Source: Thermodesulfobacteriota bacterium
GTDB taxonomy: Bacteria > Desulfobacterota > Desulfobulbia > Desulfobulbales > SURF-16
Length of the DNA stretch: 64,000 nt
Direction of reading: 5' to 3'
Assembly: GCA_040755455.1 (NCBI GenBank)
Contig: JBFMAY010000015.1
Coordinates: 1 to 64,000, forward strand
Below the pieces are notes generated by a model. The model did no database searches. It was not told the origin of the DNA and saw only the letters and a program-made list of their open reading frames with translations. Below, in pieces: positions 38,747 through 49,741 of the stretch. Numbering within the stretch: the first letter of the stretch is position 1; each line of letters opens with the position of its first letter. Made by a program: the position numbers and the translations under genes.

Positions 38747-41081
38747 GGGTGGCAACTCCTTTGTCCCGCAGAATTCTTATATTGAGCGGCTGGGTGGTGT
38801 CAAAATGGATATCCCGCTGGGGAAAGGGGATGCTGATGCCGCTGTCGCGGAGATATTTTTCGATGAGAAAGCGCACATCGCTTTCGATGATCATTTTTTC
38901 CATGCGGTTATCATTAAGTCGTATCCAGTAATAGACGTCAAAGATCAGGGCGTTGTCGCCGAAATCGTTGAAGATGACAATCGGTTCCGGTTTTTTCAGG
39001 ATCTTCCCATGCTCGGCAACGGCCTGGTAAAGCAGCCTGGCCACCTCCCGCACCTGCGAACCATAGGCAACGCCGGCCCTTACCTGGCAGCGGATCACCT
39101 GATCGGACAGGGTCCAGTTGACGATATTTTTCTCCAGCAGGCTGCTGTTGGGCACCAGGATGTGCACGTTGCCGGCCGTGCGTATCTTGGTGCAGCGGAT
39201 GCCGATTTCCTCGATGGCGCCGATGGTGCTTTCAAATTCAATGGTGTCGCCGATTTTCACGGGACGCTCCAGCATGATGATAAAGCCGCTGATGAAATTG
39301 TTCAGCAGGTTCTGGGTGCCGAAACCGACGCCGATGGCAAAGGCGCCGCCGAGAAAGGTGAGGGCGGTGAGGGGGATATTGACCGTGTTCAGGGCGAAGA
39401 GAACGATCATGACCAGCATCAGGATATAGAGGATGCGGTCGAAGATGGCCCGGTCGCTTTCATCGAGCTTGGTGCGCAGCAGAATCCGGTCGGTGGTGAA
39501 ACGGGAGATGAATTTGGCGAGCAGCAGGCCGATGGAGAGAATCAGCACGGCGACAATGACTTTCTTGACCGTGACGGATTGATCGTCAATAACCCACAGT
39601 TCATATTCAAGGGTGTTGAGGAAATTAGCGGCCAGTTTACGCAGGATGTCGGTCACTTTGATGTTTGTCTGTCTGGCGTTGATTTCCGCGAGAAAACGGT
39701 TTTCAAAACGGGCCATGGTTTGCAGCCGGGAGAGATATTCAACCGTGTGTTCCAGTAATTTATCGAGGGCTTCCAGCATGGTGCGCTGGTTTCTGGCGAT
39801 AACCGGATCAATCCCCTGCATGGAAAGCTGCATTTTCACGGAGCTGATCTGCGGTTGCAGGCTGTTCTGGGCGTTTTGCGCCATGGCGATGAGTCTGTTT
39901 ATGTTGTCCAAAGACTCGTAGGTTTCCTTCTCCCACTGGTCGAATTCGTCGTAATTCACCTCTCCCTTGATCATCGCATAGCGTCGCTGCCAGGTCTCTT
40001 CGCTTCGGGAGATGAGGCGCAGTGAATTTTCGCTCTGCTCCAGGAGCTGCTGATAGGTGTCGCGCCATGACTGACGGGCATCCAGCCAGGATTTGCTTCT
40101 TTCTTTTTTGAGTTCGTCAGCAATGGCCGTGTCGCTGTATTCCTGTTGCGCCTTGAGCCAGCTATCCTCCACTTCCTGCTGTTTTGCGGCCAGGGAGGCC
40201 ATGAGCGTCTTGAGTTTCTGGCGCAGGCCGTCAAGCAGTTTCAGTCTTTCCTGCAGGTCCTGTTCATCAAAGGCAAGATGAGATCTGACCCAGTCAACCT
40301 GCTGCCGGGTGATGTTTTTTTGCTGCTGGGCAATCTGCAGTTCAAGTTTGCTGTTTTCCTGAATAAAACGGTTGAGGTCCAGGGTTGCTTCAGCCAGCTC
40401 ATTTTCCAGTCTGGCAATGGTAATTTGCAGGTTCTGGCCAGGGGAGTCAGAGGTTCCTTCCTGTTCGACTTTTTCCAGTACCTGCCGCAGCCGCTGGGAT
40501 GCCGCGTTCACATTGGCGTGGGCGTCTTCGAGATTTTTCTTGTCGTTCTGCTGGGCCGCGGATGCCGCATCCTCCCTTTGCTGCATCTTGTCAAGTTGAT
40601 CAAGATACAGGTCATAGGCACTGAGGGAATAGGGCGGAAGTTGCGACACCAGGACCCCCTGATTGGACTCGATCTGATCGCTCAGGTTTTTCTGCTCCTG
40701 TCCCAGGGACGACTGCTTGCCCAGGGCGGTGAGCTGCCGCTGGTAGGTCGCCTCGATTTCCTGCAGGACGGCGATTTTTTCCTGAAACTTCTCGGCGGGA
40801 ATGCTTAACTGCCGGGCAAGGTCCTCTATTTTTTCCGTCCTGCTTTCAGCCAGTATCTGCTGAATTTTTCTCAGCTTTTCTTCGATGCTGCTCTGGGACG
40901 ATGCGGCAACGGTGTCTTCAGTGGTTTGTTCCGTGGCAACGGGGTCCGTGGCCCCTGTCGGCTGCGAGAAAAAAGTGTTGGCAAATAGCAACAGCCCGAA
41001 AAACAGGGCAATGAAAACAGTTTTTTTCAGCATGGCAATTTTACTGGGCAAGCGAAGGCTCTTTGTCTGATTTGATGGCAT
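38736..41081 (-). CDS. MscS-family mechanosensitive channel with a large periplasmic coiled-coil N-terminus
   Basis: GVGFGTQNLLNNFISG, ERPVKIGD, IGIR.T, VPNS, GVAYGS, FGDN, IPFPQRD; true start may be 41033. Confidence 0.9.
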   Translation of the reverse strand: MPSNQTKSLRLPSKIAMLKKTVFIALFFGLLLFANTFFSQPTGATDPVATEQTTEDTVAASSQSSIEEKLRKIQQILAESRTEKIEDLARQLSIPAEKFQEKIAVLQEIEATYQRQLTALGKQSSLGQEQKNLSDQIESNQGVLVSQLPPYSLSAYDLYLDQLDKMQQREDAASAAQQNDKKNLEDAHANVNAASQRLRQVLEKVEQEGTSDSPGQNLQITIARLENELAEATLDLNRFIQENSKLELQIAQQQKNITRQQVDWVRSHLAFDEQDLQERLKLLDGLRQKLKTLMASLAAKQQEVEDSWLKAQQEYSDTAIADELKKERSKSWLDARQSWRDTYQQLLEQSENSLRLISRSEETWQRRYAMIKGEVNYDEFDQWEKETYESLDNINRLIAMAQNAQNSLQPQISSVKMQLSMQGIDPVIARNQRTMLEALDKLLEHTVEYLSRLQTMARFENRFLAEINARQTNIKVTDILRKLAANFLNTLEYELWVIDDQSVTVKKVIVAVLILSIGLLLAKFISRFTTDRILLRTKLDESDRAIFDRILYILMLVMIVLFALNTVNIPLTALTFLGGAFAIGVGFGTQNLLNNFISGFIIMLERPVKIGDTIEFESTIGAIEEIGIRCTKIRTAGNVHILVPNSSLLEKNIVNWTLSDQVIRCQVRAGVAYGSQVREVARLLYQAVAEHGKILKKPEPIVIFNDFGDNALIFDVYYWIRLNDNRMEKMIIESDVRFLIEKYLRDSGISIPFPQRDIHFDTTQPLNIRILRDKGVATHEQ

Positions 41082-41683
41082 GGTGTTATGGTAAAAATGT
41101 TTTTTGGCAACAGTGCTGGAGGATTATTCCCCTGGTCCCTTTTCTCTCAACGCGATAATGGCGAAAATGGTTTGGGAATTAGCAAAATTGGTGCCGTCTC
41201 TGACATTTTTCTTTTTTTGTTACTGCAGGCAGGAAGTTAGCGGCTGTATGAGCCGTCAGGCGATTTCCTGCATATTTTATTCGGACCGGAAAATCGGCGC
41301 CTATCTTACCATGTTCCCGCCATCCATGATATGGCAAAAAAATCGGTTGTTTTGTGGGCGGCAGGGCAAGTTGTGGGCGTCATCAAGCAACTCTCTCTGA
41401 TCCGGAAAAACGGGGTAGCGCAATAGCATAAACTGACTTGCCAACGGCTGTTGCCCTGTTGTGCGCAAAAAACCGTTGGTTGGCGGGCTGCGGGGAAATT
41501 GATTTGAAATTCGGCGCGACTGGTTGCAATATTCTCGCAATATGCTCTTGGTGGGGGGAGATAATTGGGGTAAGATGCCGGGGCTGAGAGGGGAGGGCAT
41601 GATGATATGGCGGTTGTGCATAATATGCGGGCCTCTTGCCGCCCCTTGTAAATCAAGAAGAAATTTCAACTGAATGCGGAAAA

Positions 41684-42127
41684 ATGTTTGGAAGATATCC
41701 TATCCTGTTGTTTTGTCTGTTGTTTGTCCTTGTGCCGGTCGCCGGTTGGGCGAAAATGGTCAGCATTGCCGAAAATGAGGCCAATTTGCGCTCAGGCCCT
41801 TCCGAGGAAAATGAGGTCATGTGGGTGCTGGGCAAGGGTTTTCCCCTGCAGGTGATCAAGTCACAGGGGGAGTGGCTCAAGGTCAGGGATTTTGAAAATG
41901 ATGAGGGCTGGGTTTACGCCCCGCTGACCGGTGCCACCCCGCATATGATTGTGAAATCAAAACTGGCCAACATCCGCAGCGGGCCGGGGGAGAATTACAA
42001 GTTAACGGGCCAGGCTCGTTACGGGGTGGTTTTTCGCATCCTTGAAAGCACCAAGCATTGGATCAAGGTTCAACACGAAAGCGGCAAGACGGGCTGGGTG
42101 GCCCGCAAGCTGCTCTGGGGATGGTAG
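41684..42127 (+). CDS. Secreted tandem bacterial SH3-domain protein, copy 1
   Basis: Signal peptide; two N.RSGP...W.KV....GWV repeats; ends LLWGW. Confidence 0.88.
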   Translation: MFGRYPILLFCLLFVLVPVAGWAKMVSIAENEANLRSGPSEENEVMWVLGKGFPLQVIKSQGEWLKVRDFENDEGWVYAPLTGATPHMIVKSKLANIRSGPGENYKLTGQARYGVVFRILESTKHWIKVQHESGKTGWVARKLLWGW

Positions 42128-42435
42128 ACCATTATGCATGGGTAGGATCCAGAAAATCCATGTATTCCTGCTCTGGCTGGGCTTGCCCTATATGAACATG
42201 GTTGCATGTTCGAATAAGTACGCCGTCACGGGAAGTTCGACTACGGCAAATGTCCTCCACGCCGTATTTTTTGTGCCGCGTAAGATCACCCGGGCTGGCT
42301 GCCGGACAGGACGGCCATTGCCTGCTGGCTGCCCATGGCGCAGGCTTATCGGCCCATGCCCTGCTGCTGCGGAACCCGGCAGAAGCAGGGCGGGTTTTCT
42401 TGGTAAACTGTTTTTTTACGGTAACGCAGGGACAA

Positions 42436-43443
42436 TCATTTCTGATTTCTGGCCTTCCTCCGGCGCAGCCCGAGCAGCCCGAGCAGTCCGGAGCCGAGCA
42501 GCGGCAGAGCGCCGGGCAGGGGCACGGCCTGGGGAGCAACCTCCCAGTTGATCTGCGCCCCGTCCGCAGAGGTCACCCCAAAGTCGAAGGTATTGGCGAA
42601 ATCGGCCCAGGCCTCCCCGTCCTGGTTGGCGTTGACATAGGTATAAATGTAAGCTTCAATGTCCAGGGGGTTGCCGACAATCGCCTGGAATTGGAGGGTC
42701 AGCGTGCCGGTATCAAAGGCATGGTCGGCCTCGTAATGCATGGCATCGCCATTCTGGGTTTCCCCCCATGAATCGCTGTGGGACTCATAGTCGCTGATGT
42801 TGCTGGAGGTGCTCCACCTTTCCTCCCAGTTAGCTGCGTAGGAGTAAGGCCAGTAGCTGGCGTTAACATCATAGGCCTCGAGTTCACTGGCGGCGCCGAA
42901 TGAGGCCTGGGCAGGCGACGAGCAGCCTTCCCCGCATTCCACGATGCTGTAGTCATAGATTTTAAGGCCGGCTCTCATCTCGGCATGGGACCAGCCTGCT
43001 CCGGGGTAGGAAGTCGCCTCGCCGTGCAGTGTCCCGTCCAGCCTGATATTGAGCTGCAGGGTGGTGACATCGCCGATCGAAAGTCCAGAGGTTCCCGGCA
43101 AAACCATAAAGTGGTTCGCGGCCTCAGTGTACATCCAGGAGTCGGTGAAATCAGTGTTTGTCGGGGTGGAAAGGGCACGGCCTTGGGCGCGTAGATTCAG
43201 ATTGGCGGCATCGGCGCTGCCGGAGGACCAGGCAAAGGACTTCCCGTTTTCTATAACAAAATAATCCCCCGCCACGTTGGACTGGTAGTGTACGTAAGCA
43301 TCGGCTTCGTCGTCCGAACTGTAATCTCCATCGTTGTAATTGCCCCACGCATTGTATGCCGCATACCCGAAAACCTGGGAGCTCTGGCCCAACAGCATGG
43401 CCAGCGCTGCCGCGCCCGTCACTAAACGGTATCTTTTCATCAT
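42436..43443 (-). CDS. Surface protein with a VPLPA/PEP-CTERM-type sorting signal
   Basis: Signal peptide; Ser/Thr/Asp-rich body; C-terminal VPLPGALPLLGSGLLGLLGLRRRK. Confidence 0.88.
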   Translation of the reverse strand: MMKRYRLVTGAAALAMLLGQSSQVFGYAAYNAWGNYNDGDYSSDDEADAYVHYQSNVAGDYFVIENGKSFAWSSGSADAANLNLRAQGRALSTPTNTDFTDSWMYTEAANHFMVLPGTSGLSIGDVTTLQLNIRLDGTLHGEATSYPGAGWSHAEMRAGLKIYDYSIVECGEGCSSPAQASFGAASELEAYDVNASYWPYSYAANWEERWSTSSNISDYESHSDSWGETQNGDAMHYEADHAFDTGTLTLQFQAIVGNPLDIEAYIYTYVNANQDGEAWADFANTFDFGVTSADGAQINWEVAPQAVPLPGALPLLGSGLLGLLGLRRRKARNQK

Positions 43444-43612
43444 TTTTTTCTCCCCAAGTAAATGAAATAAGCAAATTGCCCTGTTTCCGGCAGATGGCGC
43501 CGATAATGGTCATGACAGACTGGGTCCTCTCCCTCCCGGTGTTTCCAATCGCCGTCATTACGGAGTCTCCGGTTCTGACGCATGGGCTTAAAATTTCTCG
43601 GCCTTTTCTTTG

Positions 43613-43627
43613 GCAATTCCTGTGCCA
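43613..43627 (-). promoter_or_regulatory. Sigma-54 promoter of the CTERM-sorted gene
   Basis: Minus strand TGGCACAGGAATTGC, a consensus match. Confidence 0.75.
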
Positions 43628-44148
43628 TCATCTTGTCATGGCTTAAAGAAACGATAATTCAAAAAGTTATGTTATGTTTTGCTGTGAGGAGATATTAATT
43701 TTCCGGAAATCTTTTCGGATTCCCGAATCGTTTTGTCCGGGATTCTGGATTTGCCGATTGCGGCTGCGTCAATGCGCATTGGGCCGATACTGTTTTAATC
43801 CTTTTTTCCAAAGGAATCGAAAAAAACGGGGTAGTGAAATAGCATAAACTGATATGCCAAGACCTGTTGCCGTTGGTGTGCCGCGCGTAAGACTGACTTG
43901 CATAGCGGCGCGGCAGGTTGCAATATTTTTGCAATATGTTATTGGGTAAATATGTCTGGGCTGAGAGGGGAGTATGATATTATGGTAGTTATGCACAATA
44001 TGCCGCCTGAGCCCGGGATGGGGTGATGAAAATAAGCCGCGGTGGTTTTTTTCAGGTGGTTCTCGACAATTTGCGCATCATCTCCAGGTCGGTCAGAGCT
44101 TTCACGTCTTCTGTAAAGCAAGAAGGAATTTCAACTGAATGCGGGAAA

Positions 44149-44592
44149 ATGCCTGGAAGATATCGTATCCTGTTGTTTTGTCTGTTTTTTGTCCTTATGC
44201 CGGTCGCCGGTTTGGCGAAAATGGTCAGTATCGCCGGAAATGAGGTCAATTTGCGCTCAGGCCCTTCCGAGCGGGATGAGGTCATGTGGGTGCTGGGCAA
44301 GGGCTTTCCCCTGCAGGTGATCAAGTCCCAGGGCAAATGGCTCAAGGTCAGCGATTTTGAAAATGATGAGGGCTGGGTTTACGCCCCGCTGACCTGTTCC
44401 ACCCCGCATATGATTGTCCAGGCAAAAATGGTGGACATCCGCAGCGGGCCGGGGGAGAGTTACAAGGTGATCGGTCAGGCCAGTTACGGGGTGGTTTTCC
44501 GCACCCTGGCGCAAACCAAGGGGTGGATCAAGGTCAAACACCAAAACGGCAAGACAGGCTGGGTGGGCCGCGGGATGCTCTGGGGGTGGTAG
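44149..44592 (+). CDS. Secreted tandem bacterial SH3-domain protein, copy 2
   Basis: Close paralogue of 41684-42127 (e.g. identical EVMWVLGKGFPLQVIKSQG). Confidence 0.88.
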   Translation: MPGRYRILLFCLFFVLMPVAGLAKMVSIAGNEVNLRSGPSERDEVMWVLGKGFPLQVIKSQGKWLKVSDFENDEGWVYAPLTCSTPHMIVQAKMVDIRSGPGESYKVIGQASYGVVFRTLAQTKGWIKVKHQNGKTGWVGRGMLWGW

Positions 44593-44719
44593 CAAAGAAT
44601 CCGCCGGAAATTTTGACAATGAAATAGAAGACGCCCAGCTAAAGGCCCCGCATCCTGCTCCTGCAGCACGATATGTCAGGAAAAAATAAAATACCAACTT
44701 GTTTGTTATAAAGAATTCC

Positions 44720-46021
44720 ATGAATTCAATCTTGATTGAGATATTGCTGATCCTGTTCCTGATTATCTGCAACGGCATATTCGCTTTATCTGAGCTTGCC
44801 CTTGTTTCAGCCAGGAAGGCGCGACTGGAGCAGTGGTCGGAAGAAGGCGATGCCAGGGCGCGCATCGCCCTGGAACTCGCTGAGTCGCCGAACAGCTTTT
44901 TATCCACTATCCAAATCGGTATTACCTTTATCGGCATTCTGGCGGGCGCTTTCGGCGGTGCAACCCTGGCGGAACTGCTCGTCCCCTACATTGACGGTTT
45001 CCCCCTCCTTGCCCCATACAGCGAGGCGGTCTGCATCACCATCGTGGTTGTCGGCATAACGTATCTGTCCCTCATCATCGGCGAACTGCTCCCCAAACGG
45101 CTGGCGCTCAATAATCCGGAAAGGCTGGCCCGTCTTGTCGCGCCCCCGATAAAGCGCCTTTCACGGCTGGCCCATCCGCTGGTGGTTCTGCTGGGCGGTT
45201 CAACCAACATCCTGCTCCGCATTTTGCGCGTGAAACCATCCTCTGAGCCGGGCGTATCGGAAGAAGAGATAAAGTTGCTGATCCACCAAGGAACGCGGGC
45301 GGGGGTATTTCAGGAATTTGAGCAGGATACCATTGAGCGGGTATTCCGTATGGCCGACCGCCCGGTGGCGGTTTTGATGACACCCAGGGCAAACGTCATA
45401 TGGCTCGATCTGAACGAAAGCGAGGAGGAAACAAAAAATAAAATCGCGCGCCATAAGTTTTCTTTCTTCCCGGTCGCGCGGGATGTCCTGGATGAGGTTG
45501 TGGGAGTGATCAGGGCCAAGGAGCTGCTTTCCCTGACCTTGGAAGGGAAACCGTTTAATCTGCAGGCCATCTGTCATAAGCCGCTTTTTGTCTGGGAGTC
45601 AACGCCGACGGTAAAGGTTCTGGAACTGTTCAAGAAATCGGGAATACACATTGCGCTGGTTGTCGATGAATACGGGGCAATTCATGGTCTGGTCACCTTC
45701 GACGATATTTTGCGTTCCATTTTTGAGGACGTCGAAGACGCGGCGGAAGGAGAAAAGGAAATAGTGGAGCGGGAAGACGGCTCCTGGCTGATATCCGGCA
45801 GTGTTCCGCTGGATGAGTTCATGGATTTCATTGAAGCGGGGAAACTGAGCGAGGCAGAGCGCACGGGGATGCACACAGTGGGCGGTTTCGTCATGGAAAA
45901 GATCGGCGCCGTGCCCTCGGAAGGACAGTATTTCGAATGGAAGGGGATGCGATTTGAGGTTGTGGATATGGACGGCAGGAGAGTCGACAAGATTTTAATG
46001 TCGCGGCTAAGAGGCGAATAG
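44720..46021 (+). CDS. HlyC/CorC family (CNNM-CBS-CBS-CorC) membrane protein
   Basis: NG.FALSELALVSAR, STIQIGIT, GELLPK, MTPR, VVDEYG...G.VT..D, EVVDMDGRRVDK. Confidence 0.92.
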   Translation: MNSILIEILLILFLIICNGIFALSELALVSARKARLEQWSEEGDARARIALELAESPNSFLSTIQIGITFIGILAGAFGGATLAELLVPYIDGFPLLAPYSEAVCITIVVVGITYLSLIIGELLPKRLALNNPERLARLVAPPIKRLSRLAHPLVVLLGGSTNILLRILRVKPSSEPGVSEEEIKLLIHQGTRAGVFQEFEQDTIERVFRMADRPVAVLMTPRANVIWLDLNESEEETKNKIARHKFSFFPVARDVLDEVVGVIRAKELLSLTLEGKPFNLQAICHKPLFVWESTPTVKVLELFKKSGIHIALVVDEYGAIHGLVTFDDILRSIFEDVEDAAEGEKEIVEREDGSWLISGSVPLDEFMDFIEAGKLSEAERTGMHTVGGFVMEKIGAVPSEGQYFEWKGMRFEVVDMDGRRVDKILMSRLRGE

Positions 46022-46063
46022 CGGGCAGGGTTGAAAAAACCTCAGGCCAAAAGTTCATGCAAC

Positions 46064-46501
46064 CTAATCAAAACATTGAGACTTGGCGTTCTTTATCCGG
46101 GTAATCCGGTCAACCGCCAGGTCTGAAATTGTTGGCGCAGGCTTTGTTGCCGGATACCTGACCGTATAGCGAAAGCTTTCCGGAACGAGCCGTTCGTTGC
46201 CGGCATAGAGACGGATGTGCTCGACGATGCGACGGACCTCAACACAGTTGTCGGCCGGTCTGGACTGGCCATAGAGAGCCTGCACCGCCTCATAGTCCTC
46301 CAAGGCGCGCCGCAGGGATTCCGCCGGCGGTTCGGTTGACGGCGTCTCCACGGAAATTGCCGGACTATCCCCTGTTTCCCTGTTGAAGACCTCCTTGAGT
46401 TCGCTCCACCACCAAGGCGCGGTGCCGCCGGCAAGAAGGGCGATTACCACCGCTGCTAAGATCTGCGTAAGCAGACTGTCCTGCTTTTTCTTTTCCGCCA
46501 T
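46064..46501 (-). CDS. Hypothetical membrane-anchored protein
   Basis: RBS GGAGG before ATG 46501; single N-terminal TM. Confidence 0.55.
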   Translation of the reverse strand: MAEKKKQDSLLTQILAAVVIALLAGGTAPWWWSELKEVFNRETGDSPAISVETPSTEPPAESLRRALEDYEAVQALYGQSRPADNCVEVRRIVEHIRLYAGNERLVPESFRYTVRYPATKPAPTISDLAVDRITRIKNAKSQCFD

Positions 46502-46558
46502 CAGCTTTACCTCCGCCCTCAGTTCCCGGTGCGCCGAAGGCCTGCCGGAAACTAACAA

Positions 46559-47002
46559 TTAAATAATTTTTCGATAATTATCATTTGCGAAAGAGATTGC
46601 CAAACGATATTTGCGGCCCATGATTTTTCCCTCTTTCTTTACCGCGATACCCAGCCCGGTGGTATAGAAGGGATGGGTGAAATCAAAGAGCTTTTCCCGT
46701 TCTGCGGTGATTGTCAGGGCGAAAAATCCCACATCAAGGGATTTGTCGCTCAAGCCGTCGAGAATACCCTGCAGTGGCAGCTCCTGGTATTCATAGGATA
46801 AACTGAGTTCCTCGGCTATGGACTCCCTGAGCTTGACGTTGACGCCTTACCAGTGACCGTCAGCTCCCTTCATGGAAAATGGGGGTGTCTCCTTGATACC
46901 GACAATGAGTTTGGCGGAAGGAATCGGTGTTTTGCCTGCCATGACCAAGGAGCAAAAAAAATAAAAAAAACAACATAACAGCAGTATGGATTTGTTTTGC
47001 AT
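46559..47002 (-). pseudogene. Truncated SBP_bac_3 substrate-binding-domain gene with an internal TAA
   Basis: Signal peptide, LIVGIKETPPF...GHW*GV..., ALTITAEREKLFDFTHPFYTTGLGIAV, then similarity is lost; TAA at 46847-46849. Confidence 0.75.
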
Positions 47003-47253
47003 TTTTCGTTATCCAGGGAGTACATTCAACAATGCATTATGCTTGCTGAATTCAAGTATGCGTAGGATTTCTGATTTGCAGAAAAATAAAACATTTCTCG
47101 TATCATGATGACTGCGCGGTGCGGAAGATGTAAAGTTGTAATTATTGCATATTTGTCTTATTTTTACAAATATCTGTCAGCTTGGGGGCCGGACGGATGA
47201 AGGGGGATGTTATCAGTTCCCTGTCCCTGCAGGCAATTCCGGAGAGAGGGAGA

Positions 47254-48600
47254 ATGAAAGCGGTTATTTTTCTGCTGGTGGTAGTTTTCTGCACTGCATC
47301 ATTTCTGCAACCGGCTGCCGGCAGCGAGCAAGTTATCAGTCTGCGGGAAGCTATTTTGACAAGCTTTGCGGGTAACCATGAGCTGAAGGGCCGGCAAAGC
47401 CAGCTTGAGGCCAACCGGGCCGATATCGGCATTGCCAGAAGTTCTTTGCTGCCCACGCTGGCCATCGAGGAGAAGTTCCAGCGCACCGCCAATCCCACCT
47501 ATTCCTTCATGTCCAAGCTTAATCAGGAGCGTTTCACCGCCCAGGATTTTGCCATCGACTCCCTTAACAATCCCGACGCGATCAGCGACTTCCAGACCCT
47601 GTTCTCCATCGAGCAGCCGCTTTTTGTCAGACAGGCGACTATCGGCCTGGACATGGCGAAAAAACAGCATGAGATAGCAAGCCGGGAGTATCTGCGTAAA
47701 AAGGAAGAGATTGCCCTGGAAGTGGTGAAAACCTTTCTTATGGTGCGCACCAGCCGGGAATATGTGGATGTCGCGGCAAAGGGGGTCGATGATGCCAGGG
47801 AGCATGTCCGGCTGAGCGAGTTGCGCTTCAACAACGGGCTTGGCCTGTACTCCGATACCCTGCGGGCGCGCACCGCCCTGGCCGAGGCGGAGCAGAAGCT
47901 GGTGAGCGCCGGGAAAAATCATGATGTGGCCAAGAAGGGACTGGGGCTGCTTCTCGGCCTTGAGGAGTCGGTGGATGCAGGGCAGGAGAAAGTGGATCTG
48001 CCGCTCATGGCGATGGACTACTACACCAAGGCCAGCCTGCGGCGGGAGGACGTCAAGGCCCTTGAGGGACAGCAGGAAAATGCCAGGAAAAACCTGGCGC
48101 TGGCCACCGCCGGCTATCTGCCCACCGTCGGCCTGGCCGGCTCCTATATGCTGAACGACCATGATGTGCCGCTGGGCTCCGAAGGGGAAAGCTGGCTGGT
48201 GGCGGCTGTTCTGCGCTGGCAGCTCTTTGACGGCAGCAGGAGGGAATACGAGCGGATAAAGGCCAGGCATCGCATCACCGAAACGGAACAGTATCTGCAG
48301 GGTCTGAAAAAGGCGGTGGAATTCAAGGTCTACGAGGCATACCGGTCAGTGGAGGAAACCCGGAAAAATCTTGAACTGGCCCAATCCGCCCGGCTCATGG
48401 CCGAGGAAGGGCAACGGCTGGTGCAGGTCCGCTATGAAAATTCACTGTCGCCGCTCATTGATCTGCTCGATGCCCAGGTGGCCCTTGACCATGCCCGGGC
48501 CGTGGTCGTTGCCCGGGAGAATGACCACGAACTGGTCAAGGCCAGACTCAGCTTTGAAAGCGGCACCATTCTGCATGATTTGCAGGTTGAGACCCAATAA
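47254..48600 (+). CDS. TolC-family outer-membrane efflux protein
   Basis: Signal peptide; OEP repeats (LPT.., QPLF, W.LFDG, DLLDAQ). Confidence 0.9.
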   Translation: MKAVIFLLVVVFCTASFLQPAAGSEQVISLREAILTSFAGNHELKGRQSQLEANRADIGIARSSLLPTLAIEEKFQRTANPTYSFMSKLNQERFTAQDFAIDSLNNPDAISDFQTLFSIEQPLFVRQATIGLDMAKKQHEIASREYLRKKEEIALEVVKTFLMVRTSREYVDVAAKGVDDAREHVRLSELRFNNGLGLYSDTLRARTALAEAEQKLVSAGKNHDVAKKGLGLLLGLEESVDAGQEKVDLPLMAMDYYTKASLRREDVKALEGQQENARKNLALATAGYLPTVGLAGSYMLNDHDVPLGSEGESWLVAAVLRWQLFDGSRREYERIKARHRITETEQYLQGLKKAVEFKVYEAYRSVEETRKNLELAQSARLMAEEGQRLVQVRYENSLSPLIDLLDAQVALDHARAVVVARENDHELVKARLSFESGTILHDLQVETQ

Positions 48601-48616
48601 CAGGGAGTTCTATAGG

Positions 48617-49741
48617 ATGAAAGGGAAATTAGTCAAGATGCTGGTCATTGCCGCACTGGCTCTGTTGCCGGCCGGCTGCCGGGACAAAACAGGGCCGGGG
48701 TCTGTCGAGGTCAACCGGCCGCCGGTGTCCGGGGTGCGGTCTGGGGAGGTGGTGAGCGCGGAGGTTGACGATTATTATGAATCTGCGGCAACGGTCAAGG
48801 CGAAAACCGCAAGCGTGGTGGCGGCGCGCATGATGGGCACGGTGACCATGCTTGCGGTCAAGGAGGGGGACAGGGTAAAGGCCGGACAGCTCCTGCTGAC
48901 CCTGGACGACCGCGATGTGAAGCAGAAGATCAATGCCGCCCAGGCCGCCTTGGCCGAGGCGGGAAATGCCGGGGCCGCCGCCGCCAAACAGCATGAGCTG
49001 GCCCGGATCACTTACGAGCGCTTCAGCAATCTTTACGACGGCAAGGCCCTGACCCGGCAGGAACTGGACGAGGCGCAGACCCGCATGCAGGTGGCCGAGC
49101 TTGAAGCCGAGCGGTTTGGCGAGATGGTGAAAAGGGCCCGGGCCGGACTGGCTGAGGCCGAGGTCTATCAGGATTTTACCAGGGTGAGCTCCCCGGTTGA
49201 CGGCGTGGTGAGCAGCAAGCAGATCGAACTGGGCACCATGGTCATGCCGGGGGTGCCGCTGTTTACCATTGAAGACAATTCCTCTTTCCGGCTGGAGATT
49301 GGGGTGAATGAAACCCTGGCCGGCCGCCTTGCCCCGGGGCTGCCGGTCGCCGCCACCATCCCGGCCAGCGGCATGGCGCTGACGGGTATGATTTCCGACG
49401 TGGTGCCGGCTGTTGACCCCGGAACGCGCAATTTCCTGGTCAAGATCGACCTGGCGGGTCCGGGCCTGCAGAGCGGCATGTACGCCCATGTGCGCATGCC
49501 GGTGGGCAAGCGGTCAGCCATCCTGCTGCCCCAAGACATTATTGTCGAAAAAGGGCAGTTAACCGGGGTGTATGCCGTGGACGCCGGCAATGTCATCACC
49601 TATCGCCTGGTCCGTCTCGGCAGGCTTTACGGCGACAAACAGGAGATCCTTGCCGGGCTGCAGCCGGGCGACAAGGTGATAACCGGCGGGGTGGACAGGG
49701 CGGTGGACGGGGGGGTGCTGCAAGAGGATAAAGGGCAATGA
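48617..49741 (+). CDS. RND efflux periplasmic adaptor (membrane fusion protein)
   Basis: Lipobox PAGC; G.V....[27 protein letters not shown]. Confidence 0.9.
   Translation: MKGKLVKMLVIAALALLPAGCRDKTGPGSVEVNRPPVSGVRSGEVVSAEVDDYYESAATVKAKTASVVAARMMGTVTMLAVKEGDRVKAGQLLLTLDDRDVKQKINAAQAALAEAGNAGAAAAKQHELARITYERFSNLYDGKALTRQELDEAQTRMQVAELEAERFGEMVKRARAGLAEAEVYQDFTRVSSPVDGVVSSKQIELGTMVMPGVPLFTIEDNSSFRLEIGVNETLAGRLAPGLPVAATIPASGMALTGMISDVVPAVDPGTRNFLVKIDLAGPGLQSGMYAHVRMPVGKRSAILLPQDIIVEKGQLTGVYAVDAGNVITYRLVRLGRLYGDKQEILAGLQPGDKVITGGVDRAVDGGVLQEDKGQ

Noticed and set aside
43850..43870. Sigma-54 site in the duplicated SH3 upstream block
   Set aside because: GG-to-GC spacing is not N10
46847..46849. 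Second stop-codon recoding event
   Set aside because: The codon is TAA, at a non-Cys position, in a gene that is also truncated
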